Part shown: piece by piece, positions 24,322 through 36,069 of the stretch | Numbering within the stretch: position 1 is the stretch's first letter | Layout: each line of letters begins with the position of its first letter | From: Malacoraja senta | Lineage: Eukaryota | Direction: 5' to 3' | Length of the DNA stretch: 64,000 nt | Assembly: GCA_038087875.1 (NCBI GenBank) | Contig: JAXLNO010000226.1 | Span: 1 to 64,000 of the forward strand | Program-made: the position numbers and the translations under genes | The notes under the pieces: model-generated | What the model was told of the DNA's origin: nothing | What the model saw: only the letters and a program-made list of their open reading frames with translations | Databases searched by the model: none

Positions 24322-25348
24322 CTGGGAAAAAATACAAAACAAAATCAGGACCGCAAAATAATTTCCCACAATATTTTCCTCTCTTATTTAAAACACTTTA
24401 AACAGAGACAATAGACAATAGGTGCAGCAGTAGGCCATTCGGCCCATCAAGCCTGCACCGCCATTCAATGTGATCATGGCTGATCATCCCCAATCAGTTC
24501 CCCGTTCCTGCCTTCTCCCCATATCCCCTGACTCTGCTATCTTTAAGGGCCCTATCTAGCTCTCTCTTGAAAGGATCCAGAGAACCGGCCTCTACCGCCC
24601 TCTGAGGCAGAGGATTCCACAGACTCACAGCTCTCTGTGTGAAAAGGATGGCGAATCTGTGGAATTCATTCATACAGAAGTTGAGGCCGGCAGTGAATAT
24701 ATTTAAGGCAGGGATAGATGGATTCTTGATTAGTACGGGTGTGGGGTTTATGGGGAGAAGGCAGGAGAATGGGGTTAGGAGGGAGCGATAGATCAGCCAT
24801 GATTGAATGGCGGAGTAGACTCGATGGGCCGAATGGCCTAAGTCTGCTCTCATCACATGAACTTTGAGACAAATAACAAATAGAAAGCCTCTTCATGACG
24901 TTGGGTCTGATAACTTTCAGAAGTACACCTAGTGTTGGATAACATTTAATCAGCCTACCACATCTTGCATGTGTTATAAATCTTGCAGGTTCCCTGAAAA
25001 GTAACTCTAATTATCAGAAAAACAAGCAGCCACTTCCAAAATTCAAGACTGTTTCATTGTCTTTAGATTCAACATGGAAACAGGTTCTTCAGACCGCGAC
25101 GACCAGCGATCACCCTGTACACTAGCACTATCGTACACCCAATGGATAATTTACAAATAAATTTACAATTTACCAAAAATCACTATAATTTTACCAAAAC
25201 CAATTAACCTAGAACACCTGCACGTCTTTGGAGTGTGGGAGGAAACCGGAGCACCCGGAGAAAAACCCACGCGGGCACAAGGAGTACGTGCAAACTCCGT
25301 ACAGACAGCACCCGTAGTCAGGATCGAACTGACGCTGTGAGGCTGTGA

Positions 25349-25659
25349 GCCTGTCCCTCTTAGGCGATTTTTAGGCAACTACAGGCGACTAGTTTGTCGC
25401 CACATGTTCGCCGGGAATAGTCACCTCAGTCGCGCAAAAAATCGTAGCGTCTTTCTGGTCACCGCCTAAATTTTCAACGTTGAAAATTTTTCGGCGACAG
25501 TGGGTTTGACGCCAATGAGCGTAGCTTGACTTCTCCTGACATAGGTGCTGTCGTAGGTTGTCGCCATGATGACGTAGGTTGTGCCGTTTTTTCGGCGACC
25601 TGCTTTGACTGTGACAGTCGGCAGCAGTTGCCTAAAACATGGCCAAGTGGGACAGGCCC
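25349..25659. mobile_element. MITE (Harbinger-type; same TIR family as 9644 and 55668)
   Basis: Termini gcctgtccctctt / aagtgggacaggccc. Confidence 0.65.
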
Positions 25660-27551
25660 ATTTCTCTACTGCTGCACCACTGTGTTGCCTATGCACTGTC
25701 ATATACACAGGCAGCTAAACATTGAAATTCTTACTTGTCGCAGCTTTACAGGCCCCTTAATGCAATGGCGCACAAATAATATACAATAATCAATAATTCA
25801 ATTAACTTCATAATCAGTCATTCTAGTTCACCCAAAGCATAATTGTGCAAAACCAAAGCCCACAGAACAACCAAACTTAAAATTCATAGATCATAGTTGC
25901 TGAGATAGTTGTTAGTGTTGTTGGTTTTTAAAACCCCAATCTTTGCTGAGAAGAAGCTGTTCAGACATGGAGTCTGAAGAAGGGTCTCGAGCCAAAACAT
26001 CACCCATTCCTTCTCTCCAGAGATGCTGCCTGTCCCGCTGAGTACTCCAGCATTTTGTGTCTATCTTCGATTTAAACCAGCATCTGCAGTTCTTTCCTAC
26101 TCAAGCTGTCATAATTGTGGTAGAAACATTTTTAAACATGTACATGGATAGGACGGGGTTTAGAGGGATATGGGCCAAATGCAGGCAGGTGGGATGAGTG
26201 GAGATGGGACATGTGGTTGGAGTGGGCAAGGAGGGCTGAAGGGCCTATTTCCATGCTGTATGACTTGAACCTGGAGGTCACGGTTTTCAGGCTCCTGCAC
26301 CTTCTTCCCGATGGTAGTGGTGAAATGAGAGCGTGGCCAGGATGGTGCGGGTCTCTGATGATGCTGGTCTTGTGTGGGTCTCTGATGACTCCTGTAGATA
26401 GATCTCTTCCGGGGTGGGTGTTAATGAGTCTTTTGTCACAATGGATTATCAGCTCAAGAGTCTACATTTGCCGGCCCCATAGCGGAAAGCGTCCACGTCG
26501 CGGGGCTGGAAACTGGAAGTATCCTGAACTAATTCTGCTACCACCATCATCTATTGCGACAAGTGATGACTTCCAACGATTGTCGCCGGAAGCGTGCGTC
26601 CTTTTCAGGACGGACGATGACAGCGATGTCAACATTTGAAACATGGAAGATGGACACGGAAGAAGCAGAGGTCTACATTTGCTGAGCACAATATCGGAAT
26701 GCGAACAAGAACCCGTTTCAGAAACATAGAAACATAGAAAATAGGTGCAGGAGGAGGCCATTAGGCCCTTCGAGCCAGCACCGCCATTCATTGTGATCAT
26801 GGCTGATCGTCCCCTATCAATAACCCGTGCCTGCCTTCTCCCCATATCCCCTGATTCCACTAGACCTCTATCTAACTCTCGCTTAAATCCATCCAGTGAC
26901 TTGGCCTCCACAAATTCACAACTCTCTGGGTGAAAAGCTTTTTCTCACCTCAGTCTTAAATGACCTCCCCTTTATTCTAAGACTGGACTCCCCCAACATC
27001 GGGAACATTGTTTCCTGCCTCTAGCGTGTCCAAACCCTTAATCATCTTATATATTTAAATAAGATTCCCTCTCATCCTTCTAAACTCCAGAGTGTACAAG
27101 CCTAGCCGCTTCCCATTCTCTCAGCATATGACAGTCCCGCCATCCTGGGAATTAACCTCGTGAACCTCCGCTGCATTCTGAAAGCATTACAAGTATATTG
27201 TTTTGTATGATTCATCTTTTTTCCCAAGTTTATCAAGTGAATTTTTATGTTTTTGCTGACAATGTCTGTTTAGGGTCAGAGGTCAAATACAGCTGGTCAC
27301 ATGTGTGGGCCTCACACGGAAGCTTTTTTTCATGGCTCAGTTTTATATTACAAACTGTGTGAATTTAAAAAAAGCAAGAATGTTCACATCTTTGGCAGAC
27401 GTGCATTATAGTTCTGTGGGTAGGAAAATAGCAATGAAGAAGATTAATCTCTTACAAGATTTTTTTTAACGAAACACTTCATGTGATGGCGTAGGGTCAC
27501 GTGTGTGACATGTCCGGTTCACTTTCCAAAGGATGGCCCAGACGCTGGTTT

Positions 27552-27753
27552 ACACCGAAGATAAACGGAAAATGCTGGAGTAACTCAGCGGGACAGGCGG
27601 CATTTGCGTGAGAAGAAACGGGAGATATTTTGGGCCGAGACCCTTCTTCAGTCTGAAGAAGGGTCTCGACCCGAACGTCACCACATTCCTTCTCTCCACA
27701 GATACCGCCTGTCCCGCTGAGTTACTCCAGCATTTTCCGTTTATCTTCGGTGT
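27552..27753. repeat. Fold-back palindrome of two head-to-head Penelope terminal repeats
   Basis: The outer 49 bp are perfectly reverse-complementary; centre is gacccttcttcag/tctgaagaagggtc. Confidence 0.9.
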
Positions 27754-29299
27754 CTAACCTGTTGAATAATGTTCTCGGGGGGGGGGGGGGTCAGGCAGCA
27801 TCTGTGGAGGAAATTGATGGGGTAATGTTTCAGGCCGGGACCCTCCTTCAGACTGATTGTGTGGGGAGGTGGGGGCGGAAGCTGAAAGGGAGGGGTGGGG
27901 GCAGGGACTAGCCTGGGATGTCTTTATCAGAGCATGATCAAACAGCAGCAATCATTAGTCATAGTGATACAGCGTCGTCATCTCTCCTCTCCTGTCTGAC
28001 ACTGAATCCGAGATTCCAAACAAACTCAGGATAAAAACTCATTACCTCTCCAATTCTTCCAATTGCTTTAAAGACTGTTTTTTACCTGTTCCTCTAATTA
28101 AAATCTCAAGTTAAGTTTATTGTCACGTGTACTGTTTTGTTGCGTGCTATCCAGTCAGCAGAAAGACAATACATGATTACAATCGAGCCATTCACAGTGT
28201 ACAGATACATGATAGGGAATAACGTTTAATGCAAGGTAAAGCCAGCAAAGTCCGATCAAGGATAGTCCGAGGGTCACCAATGAGGTAGATAGTAGTTCTG
28301 GACCGCTCTCTAGTAGGGGCAGATGATTCAGTTGCCTAATAACAGCTGGGAAGAAACTGCCCGTGACTTTTCACTGCAGACTGCACTTTCCCTCTGCACC
28401 ATCTTGATTAGTACAAGTGTTTCTTGATTAGTGCGGGTATCAGAGGTTATGGGGAGAAGGCAATAGACAATAGGTGCAGGAGTAGGCAGAGAATTCCACA
28501 GACTCACCACTCTCTGTGAGGAAAAAGTGTTTCCTCGTCTCCGTTCTAAATGGCTTACTCCTTATTCTTAAACTGTGGCGAATGTTTTCTATTTTACCCA
28601 TGTGTATGAGCTTTTGTCTTTCGGGGAAAAAAAAAGTGCAATGGGAAAAGACCATCACACATCACGCAACATTTACCAAATAATGAAAGGCCTGGATAGA
28701 GTGGATGTGGAGAGGCTGTTACCACTAGTGGGAAAGCCTAGTACCAGAGGTCACAGCTTCAGAATTAAAGGACGTTCCTTCAGGCAGTAGATGAGGTAGA
28801 ATTTCTTTAGTCAGAGGGTGGTGAATCTGTGGAATTCATCGCCACAGAGGGCTGTGCAGGCCACAAGTCAGTGGATATTTTTAAGGCAGAGATAGATAGA
28901 TTCTCAATTAGTGCGGGTGTCAGGGGTTATGGGGAGAAGGCAGGAGAATGGGGTTAGCAGGGAGAGATAGATCAGCCATGATTGAATGGTGGAGTAGACG
29001 ATGCCGAATGGCCTGATTCTTCTCCTACATTATGACTATCAACCACACACAATTTTTCAACCATTAGGACGATCTTCCCATGAGATCAAGACATCGCCTT
29101 AAAAAGCAACGCTTCCCTTTCCTGGATTCCGATTATCTTGCAGAGAAAGCAATGAACTCGAGGTAAATATGTTTTAAAAACTGCTCATATGAAAGCACTG
29201 GGGTTTTGGAAATCAGTAAAGTAAATTATTGGCAGAACTAGTGTGTGAAGAGGAAGCAATAATTACTTTACTTTCACACAAGACGCTATTATATAAGAT

Positions 29300-29468
29300 G
29301 TTTAAGAAGGAACTGCAGATGCTGGAAAATCGAAGGGAGACAAAAATGCTGGAGAAACTCAGCGGGTGAGGCAGCATCTATGGAGCGAAGGAAATAGGCA
29401 ACGTTTCGGGCCAAGATGCTCCATAGATGCTGCCTCATCCGCTGAGTTTCTCCAGCATTTTTGTCTAC
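29300..29468. mobile_element. Short Penelope-derived insertion with internal inversion and 14-bp TSD
   Basis: ctattatataagat is duplicated at 29286-29299 and 29469-29482. Confidence 0.8.
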
Positions 29469-30584
29469 CTATTATATAAGATATTTGTTTCTATCCTGTG
29501 CTGAAGCAACAGACATCCTGTTTCTTCAATTTTTGTTTTCATATGTAGTCTGTTTTTGAGTCAACAGATTTGGGGCCAATGGAATTTGTTTTAGTTATCT
29601 TTTGTTTTCAACTGTTCTTGAAGATATTAAATATGAGATCCCTCACCTGACCAATACTTTTAGCATTAGGTAACATAATTAGTAGATTGATTCAGGGAAC
29701 TGAACCATCCCACCACAACCAGAGAGCAGTGCTGAACTACTATCTACCTCAATGGTGACCCTCAGACTATCCTTGATCAGACTGAAGAAGGGTCTCGACC
29801 CGAAACGTCACCCATTCCTTCTCTCCAGAGATGCTGCCTGTCCCGCTGAGTTACTCCGGCTTTTTGTGTCTATCTTGATTGGACTTTGCTGGCTTTACCC
29901 TGCACTAAACGTTATTCCCTTATCATGTATCTGTACGCTGTAAATGTCTCAATTGTCTCAAAGAGGGGAACTCATTGAAACATATAAGATTGTTAAGGGC
30001 TTGGACATGCTAGAGGCAGGAATCATGTTCCTGATGTTGGGGGAGTCCAGAACCAGGGGCCACAGTTTAAGAATAAGGAGTAAGCCTACTGCACCTATTG
30101 TCTATCTATTGTCTATTGTAATCATGTGTTGTCTTTCTGCTGACTGGTTAGCACGCAACAAAAGCTTTTCACTGTACCTCGGTACACGTGACAATAAACT
30201 AAACTGAAACTAATCTTTTTTATTTTCCAAGCAACGTTAATGCTCATGGCACAATCTTGAATCTTCAAACCATTAATGTTTCTAGGTGAGTCACAAACAA
30301 CAGCCAGCCATGTCTGAAGGGTCCTGACCCAAAACATCGCCTGTCCATTCCCTCCCCAGTTGAGTTCCGCCAGCATTCTATGTTTTGCTCAAGATTTGGT
30401 ATTATGTGTTATATGTGGGTATTGTTTTATGTGGGTTATGTGTAAGTGGGGAACCATGCACAACTGGAAAGGCACTTAAGCATTTCACTACTGGTTATAC
30501 CTGTATAATTGAGTATGTGACCAATAAACTTGAATTGAATTGATTCCAGCTTCTGCAGTCTCTTGTGTGTCGAAAGTACAATCT

Positions 30585-31050
30585 AAGTTACTCATCTACT
30601 GTACCCGCTGTTCCCCCGACAGTCTTTCCAGGTGAGGCAGAGGTTCACTTGCACCTCCTCCAACCTCATCTACTGTATCCTCTGTTCAAAGTGTGGACTC
30701 CTATGTATCCGTGAGACCAAGCGCAGGCTTGGCGATCGTTTCACTGAACACCTCCGCTCAGTCCATCTTAACCTACCTCATCTCCCGCTTGCTCAGCAGT
30801 TTAATCCCCACCCATTCCCAATCTGACCTTTCTGTCCTGGGCCTCCTCCATTGTCAGAGTGAGGCCCTGCACAAATTCGAGGAACAGCACCTCATATTTC
30901 GCTTGGGTAGTTTACACCCCAGCGGTATGAACATTGACTTCTCTAACTTCAAGTATCCCTTGCTTTCCCTCTCCCTCTCTCTCTCTCTATCCCCTCTCCC
31001 TTCCCAGTTCTCCCCACCAGTCTTACTGTCTCCGACTACATTCTATCTCT
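30585..31050 (+). mobile_element. Penelope-like element, GIY-YIG endonuclease fragment
   Basis: RQRFTCTSSNLIYCILCSKCGLLCIRETKRRLGDRFTEHLRSV. Confidence 0.85.
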
Positions 31051-32174
31051 GTACAATAGACAATAGGCAATAGGTGTAGGAGTAGGCCATTCGGCCCTTC
31101 GAGCCAGCGCCGCCATTCAATGTGATCATGGCTGATCATCCACAATCAGTACCCCGTTCCTGCCTTCTTCCCATATCTTTAAGAGCCCTATCTAGCTCTA
31201 ACTTGAAAGTATCCAGAGAACCTGCCTCCACCGCCCTCTGAGGCAGAGAATTCCACAGATTCACCTCTCTGTGAGAAAAAGTGTTTCCTCGCCTCCGTTC
31301 TAAAAATGGCTTACCCCTTATTCTTAAACTGTGGCCCCTGGTTCTGGACTCCCCCAACATCGGGAACATGTTTCCTGCCTCTATTGTGTCCAAGCCCTTA
31401 ACAATGTACCGCCCACTCCCCGACATCAGTCTGAAGAAGGGTCTCAACCTGAAACGTCGCCCGTTCCTTCTCAGACCGAGAGTCTGGGGAGGGGGCTACA
31501 AGGGGGGAGATTGAGATATGCAGCCGGCCACATGACAGCACTGGGTCATGATCAGAAGCCAGAGGTCTGAGGCGTGCTGGAACACTACCCATCAGTCGGG
31601 CGAGTGCCGCTACAAACACACAGCTGGCAACATCCGGAGCCACGCACCCTGCTTGACCGACACTCCGCCCGTCACTGACCGGTCGGCATACAAACCATGT
31701 GTTACATGCACCACACTTACTCATCAAGACCAAGTACAGAAATTGCACTTGCACCTCTCCATCCTCATCTACTGCATCCGCTGGTCCGGGTGTGGACTCT
31801 TATGTATCGGCAAGACCAAGCGCAGGCCCGGCGATCATTTCGCTGACCACCTCTGACTCCCCTCCCATTCCCACACTGACCTTTCTGTCCTGGGCCTCCT
31901 CCATTGTCAGAGTGAGGCCCGGCGCATATTGGAGGAACAGCACCTCATATTTCGCTTGGGCAGCTTACACCCCAGCAGTATGAACATTGACTTCTCTAAC
32001 TTCATATAGCCCTTGCTCTCTCTCTCTCTCTCCATCCCTGCCCCTTCCCAGTTCTCCAATCAGTCTGATTATCCCCGACTACATTTGATGTTACCTTCTC
32101 CTAGCTAACAATGATCTGTTCTCCATTTTCCCTTGTTCTCCACCCCCTTTATGTCTTGTTCTCACACTTCCTTA

Positions 32175-32228
32175 AGGGTGGGAGATTGCAACCTTCAAGT
32201 GGTCCGCCCTGTTTCGCCGAATGCAATC
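32175..32228 (+). ncRNA. Predicted HDV/CPEB3-like ribozyme (54 nt)
   Basis: AGGGUGG-GA-GAUUGCA-ACC-UUCAAGU-GGU-CCGCCCU-GU-UUCGC-CGAA-UGCAAUC. 7-bp P1, perfect 7-bp P2, 3-bp P3; candidate catalytic C at 32218. Folded by eye. Confidence 0.7.
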
Positions 32229-32313
32229 AACCCGGTGTGCACAAATCAAATAAGATCAAATAGAACAAGTGGCCCTACAACTTTAGGCTGTGCACGCCAT
32301 ACGCAAGAAGAAG
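32175..32313 (+). mobile_element. Full-length ribozyme-headed short retroelement (139 bp) with perfect 11-bp TSD
   Basis: acacttcctta is duplicated at 32164-32174 and 32314-32324. The element ends in caagaagaag and sits inside a Penelope fragment. Confidence 0.88.
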
Positions 32314-34337
32314 ACACTTCCTTATCTCTGTATCTCCCTCTCCCCTGACTCTGTCTGAAGAAGGAAACGTCACTCATTCCTTCTCTCCACAGATGCTGCC
32401 TGTCCCGCTGAGTTACTCCAGTATTGTGTGCCTACGTACAGAATTATTGAGAATGATCCATTGTCACGGCGTGGAAACAGGCCCCTCGGCACAACTTGCC
32501 GAGCATCATGCACCATCTACACTAGTCCCACCTGCCCGCAGTTGGCCCATATCCCTTTAAACCTGTCCTATCCACGTACCTATCTAAATTGTTTTTAAAC
32601 ATTGTTATAGTACCTGCCTCAACTAAGATGGTCCAGAACCAGTGGCCACAGTTTAAGAATAAGGGGTAAGCCATTTAGAACAGAGATGAGGAAACACTTT
32701 TTCTCACAGAGAGTTGTGAGTCTGTGGAATTCTCTGCCTCAGAGGGTGGTGGAGGCGGGTTCCTCTGGATACTTTCAAGTGAGAGCTAGATAGGGCTCTT
32801 AAAGATAGCGGAGTCAGGGGATATGGGGAGAAGGCAGGAACAGGGTACTGATTGTGGATGATCAGCCATGATCACATTAAATTGGTGGTGCTGGCTCGAA
32901 GGGCCGAATGGCCTACTCCTGCACCTATTGTCTAAGATAGATACAAAATGCTGGAGTAACTCAGCGGGACTGGCAGCATCTCTGGAGAGAAGGAATAGTT
33001 GACTTTTCGGGTCGAGACTCTTTTTCAGACTAAGAGTCACAGAGGGCCTCAACTATCTCCTGTGGCGGCTTGTTCCTCGATTCCCCTACTCTGGGCAAGA
33101 GACTCTGTTCATCTACCCGATCTGTTCGTCTCAAGATCTTATACACCTCTATAAGATTACCTCTCATCCTCCCGTGCTCCAAGGAATAGAGTCCCAAAGT
33201 GTATGTAGAATAGTCTTGTCCGTCTTAAAGCTTGTACATTGTGTTTTGGACCCTAAGTAACAATAGACAATAGACAATAGGTGCAGGAGTAGGCCATTCA
33301 GCCCTTCGAGCCAGCACCGCCATTCAATCTGATCATGGCTGATCATCCCCAATCAGTACCCCGTTCCTGCCTTCTCCCCATATCCCCTAACTCCGCTATC
33401 TTTAAGAGCCCTATCTAGCTCTCTCTTGAAAGCATCCAGAGAACCGGCCTCCACCGCCCTCTGAGGCAGAGAATTCCACAGACTCACCACTATCTGTGAG
33501 AAAAAGTGTTTCGTCGTCACCGTTTTAAATGGCTTACCCCTTATTCTTAAACTGTGGCCCCTGTACCTCTTCCATGCAGCCTTCTTGCCCCAGTTTTATG
33601 TCACTGGGGCACGGCCACTACAATTTAAGAACCAGAGGATATAGGTCTAAGGTGAGGACTGAAAGATTTAAAAGGAATCTGAGGGGTTACGTTTTCCACA
33701 CAGAGGCTGGTGGGTGAATGGAACAAGCTGCCAGACGAGGTAGTTGAGGCTGGGACTATCCCAACGTTTAAGAAACAGTTAGACAGGTACATGGCTAGGA
33801 CAGGTTTGGAGGGATATGGAACAAGTGCGGGCAGGTGGGAACTAGTGCAGCTGGGACATGTTGACCGCTGTGGGCAAGTTGGGCCAAAGGGCATGTTTCC
33901 ACACTCTATGACTCGATGCAGACTCAAGTTCAAAATTCAGCTAACCTGAACACATGTGCCATTTAAATTTTGCTGAAAACTGTGGTCTTTAGAAAAATTC
34001 ACAATGGAAACCACAGGAACAATGACATAATGTCATCCACGACTATGCAGAATAGTTAGTTAACCGGTTAGCACGCAATAAAAGCTTTTCACTGTACCTC
34101 GGTGCAGATGAGAATAAACTAAATGATACATTATAAGCTCTCACACAGTAGTCCCAAGTCAGTTTGTTTACATTTCCTGCAGCAACCGACATCACATATC
34201 TGTCACATCATATTCAGAAGGATGGAAACTAGGTTTACCTTCACAAGATGCATCAGCCCTTCAGTTCTGATCAAAGGACACTTCAAGATCTAATCTAACT
34301 TTTAAAATTCTTTATAAATACGTCTCAAACTCCGACG

Positions 34338-34760
34338 AAGGTAGACAAAAATGCTGGAGAAACTCAGCGGGTGAGGCAGCATCTATGGAGCGAAGGAATG
34401 GGTGACGTTTCGGGTCGAGACCCTTCTTCAGACTGATATGGGGGTGGTGGGGGGCGGGAAGAAGAAAGGAAGAGGTGGAGACAGTGGGCTGTGGGAGAGC
34501 TGGGAAGGGGAGGGAAGGAAGGAGAAAGCAGGGACTACCTGAAATTGGAGAAGTCAATGTTCATACCGCTGGGGTGTAAACTACCCAAGCGAAATATGAG
34601 GTGCTGCTCCTCCAATTTACGGTGGGACTCACTCTGGTCCAGGAGGGAATGTTCGGATTGGGAATGGGAGGGGGAGTGAAGTGCTGAGCCACCGGGAGAT
34701 CAGGTTGGTTAGTGCGAACCGAACGGAGGTGTTGGGCGAAGCGATCGCCAAGCCTACGCT
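34338..34760 (-). mobile_element. Penelope-like element 3' fragment
   Basis: KRRLGDRFAQHLRSVRTNQPDLPVAQHF on the minus strand plus the terminal repeat. Confidence 0.8.
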
Positions 34761-35788
34761 TCAAACTCCAACAGTTTTCTCTAATTCCAACCACTGCAGC
34801 AATCAAGGTTCTCAAAATGCAATGTATCATTCAACGATTGAAAACTATTTATTGGTTTGAGCAATCGAGGCTCCAGGATGGTGTCAGGGGCCAGGGTCCA
34901 GGACAACTCGGAGCGGCTGCCTGGCATCCTCAAGGGGGAGAAGGGTAACGAGAGGTCGCTGTGCATGTTGGCACAAATGGCATAAGCAGGAAAAGGGAAG
35001 AGATCCTGCACTGCAAAGTGAATATGGGATGTTAGGCAAAAGGGTAAAAGCAGTATGTGTAAGAAAGAACTGCAGATGCTGGTTTAAATCAAAGGTAGAC
35101 ACAAAATGGACATCTCTAACTTCAGATAGCCCTTGCTTTCCCTCTCTCTCCATCCCCTTCCCCTTCCCAGTTCTCCCACAAGTCTCCGACTACATTCTAT
35201 CTTTGTCCCGCCCCCTCCCCTGACATCAGTCTCGACCAGAACGTTGCCCATTCCTTCCCTCCAGGGATGCTGCCTCACCCACAGTGTTACTCCAGCATTT
35301 TGTGTCTACCTAGTGTAAAAAGCAGGACTGCCATAGTAGTAATCTCCAGATTACTTCCGGTGCCATGTGCTGGTGAGGGTAGAACAGGAAACATAGAAAC
35401 ATAGTAAATAGGTGCAGGCGGAGGCCATCCTGCACCGACATTCAATATGATCATGGCCAATCATCCAAAATCAATACCCCGTTCCTGCTTTCTCCCCATA
35501 TCCCTTGATTCCATTTTAACCCCAAGAACTAAATCAAACTCTCTCATTGAAAACATCCAGTGAATTGGCCTCCACTGCCTTCTGTGGCAGAGAATTTCAC
35601 AGGCAAAGGATAGGACCGATGAATAAGTAAGTAAGTTTATTGGCCAAGTATTCACATACAAGGAATTTGCCTTGGTGCTCCACCCACAAGTAACAACATG
35701 ACATACAGTGACAGTTAGGAATGACCTCAGAAAACACTAAACATTGATAATAATAAAACATTAATGATAAAACATGATACATAACTCC

Positions 35789-35862
35789 TTCTTCTTCTAG
35801 CGTATGGCGTGCACAGCCTAAAGTTGTGGGACAACTTGTTCTATTTGATCTTATTTGATCGT
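35789..35862 (-). mobile_element. Partial copy (3' half) of the ribozyme-headed element, ending next to the gap
   Basis: ttcttcttctagcgtatggcgtgcacagcctaaagttgtgggacaacttgttctatttgatcttatttgat. Confidence 0.8.
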
Positions 35863-35869
35863 ACAACTG

Positions 35870-36069
35870 NNNNNNNNNNNNNNNNNNNNNNNNNNNNNNN
35901 NNNNNNNNNNNNNNNNNNNNNNNNNNNNNNNNNNNNNNNNNNNNNNNNNNNNNNNNNNNNNNNNNNNNNNNNNNNNNNNNNNNNNNNNNNNNNNNNNNNN
36001 NNNNNNNNNNNNNNNNNNNNNNNNNNNNNNNNNNNNNNNNNNNNNNNNNNNNNNNNNNNNNNNNNNNNN
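35870..36069. other. Assembly gap (200 N)
   Basis: Run of exactly 200 N; a round length suggests a fixed-size scaffolding gap. Confidence 0.99.

Noticed and set aside
26450..26720. Non-repetitive GC-balanced stretch considered as PTPN23 exon 1 or promoter
   Set aside because: I found no frame encoding an MEAVPRMPMIWLDLK-like sequence; exon 1 was not found anywhere in the window.
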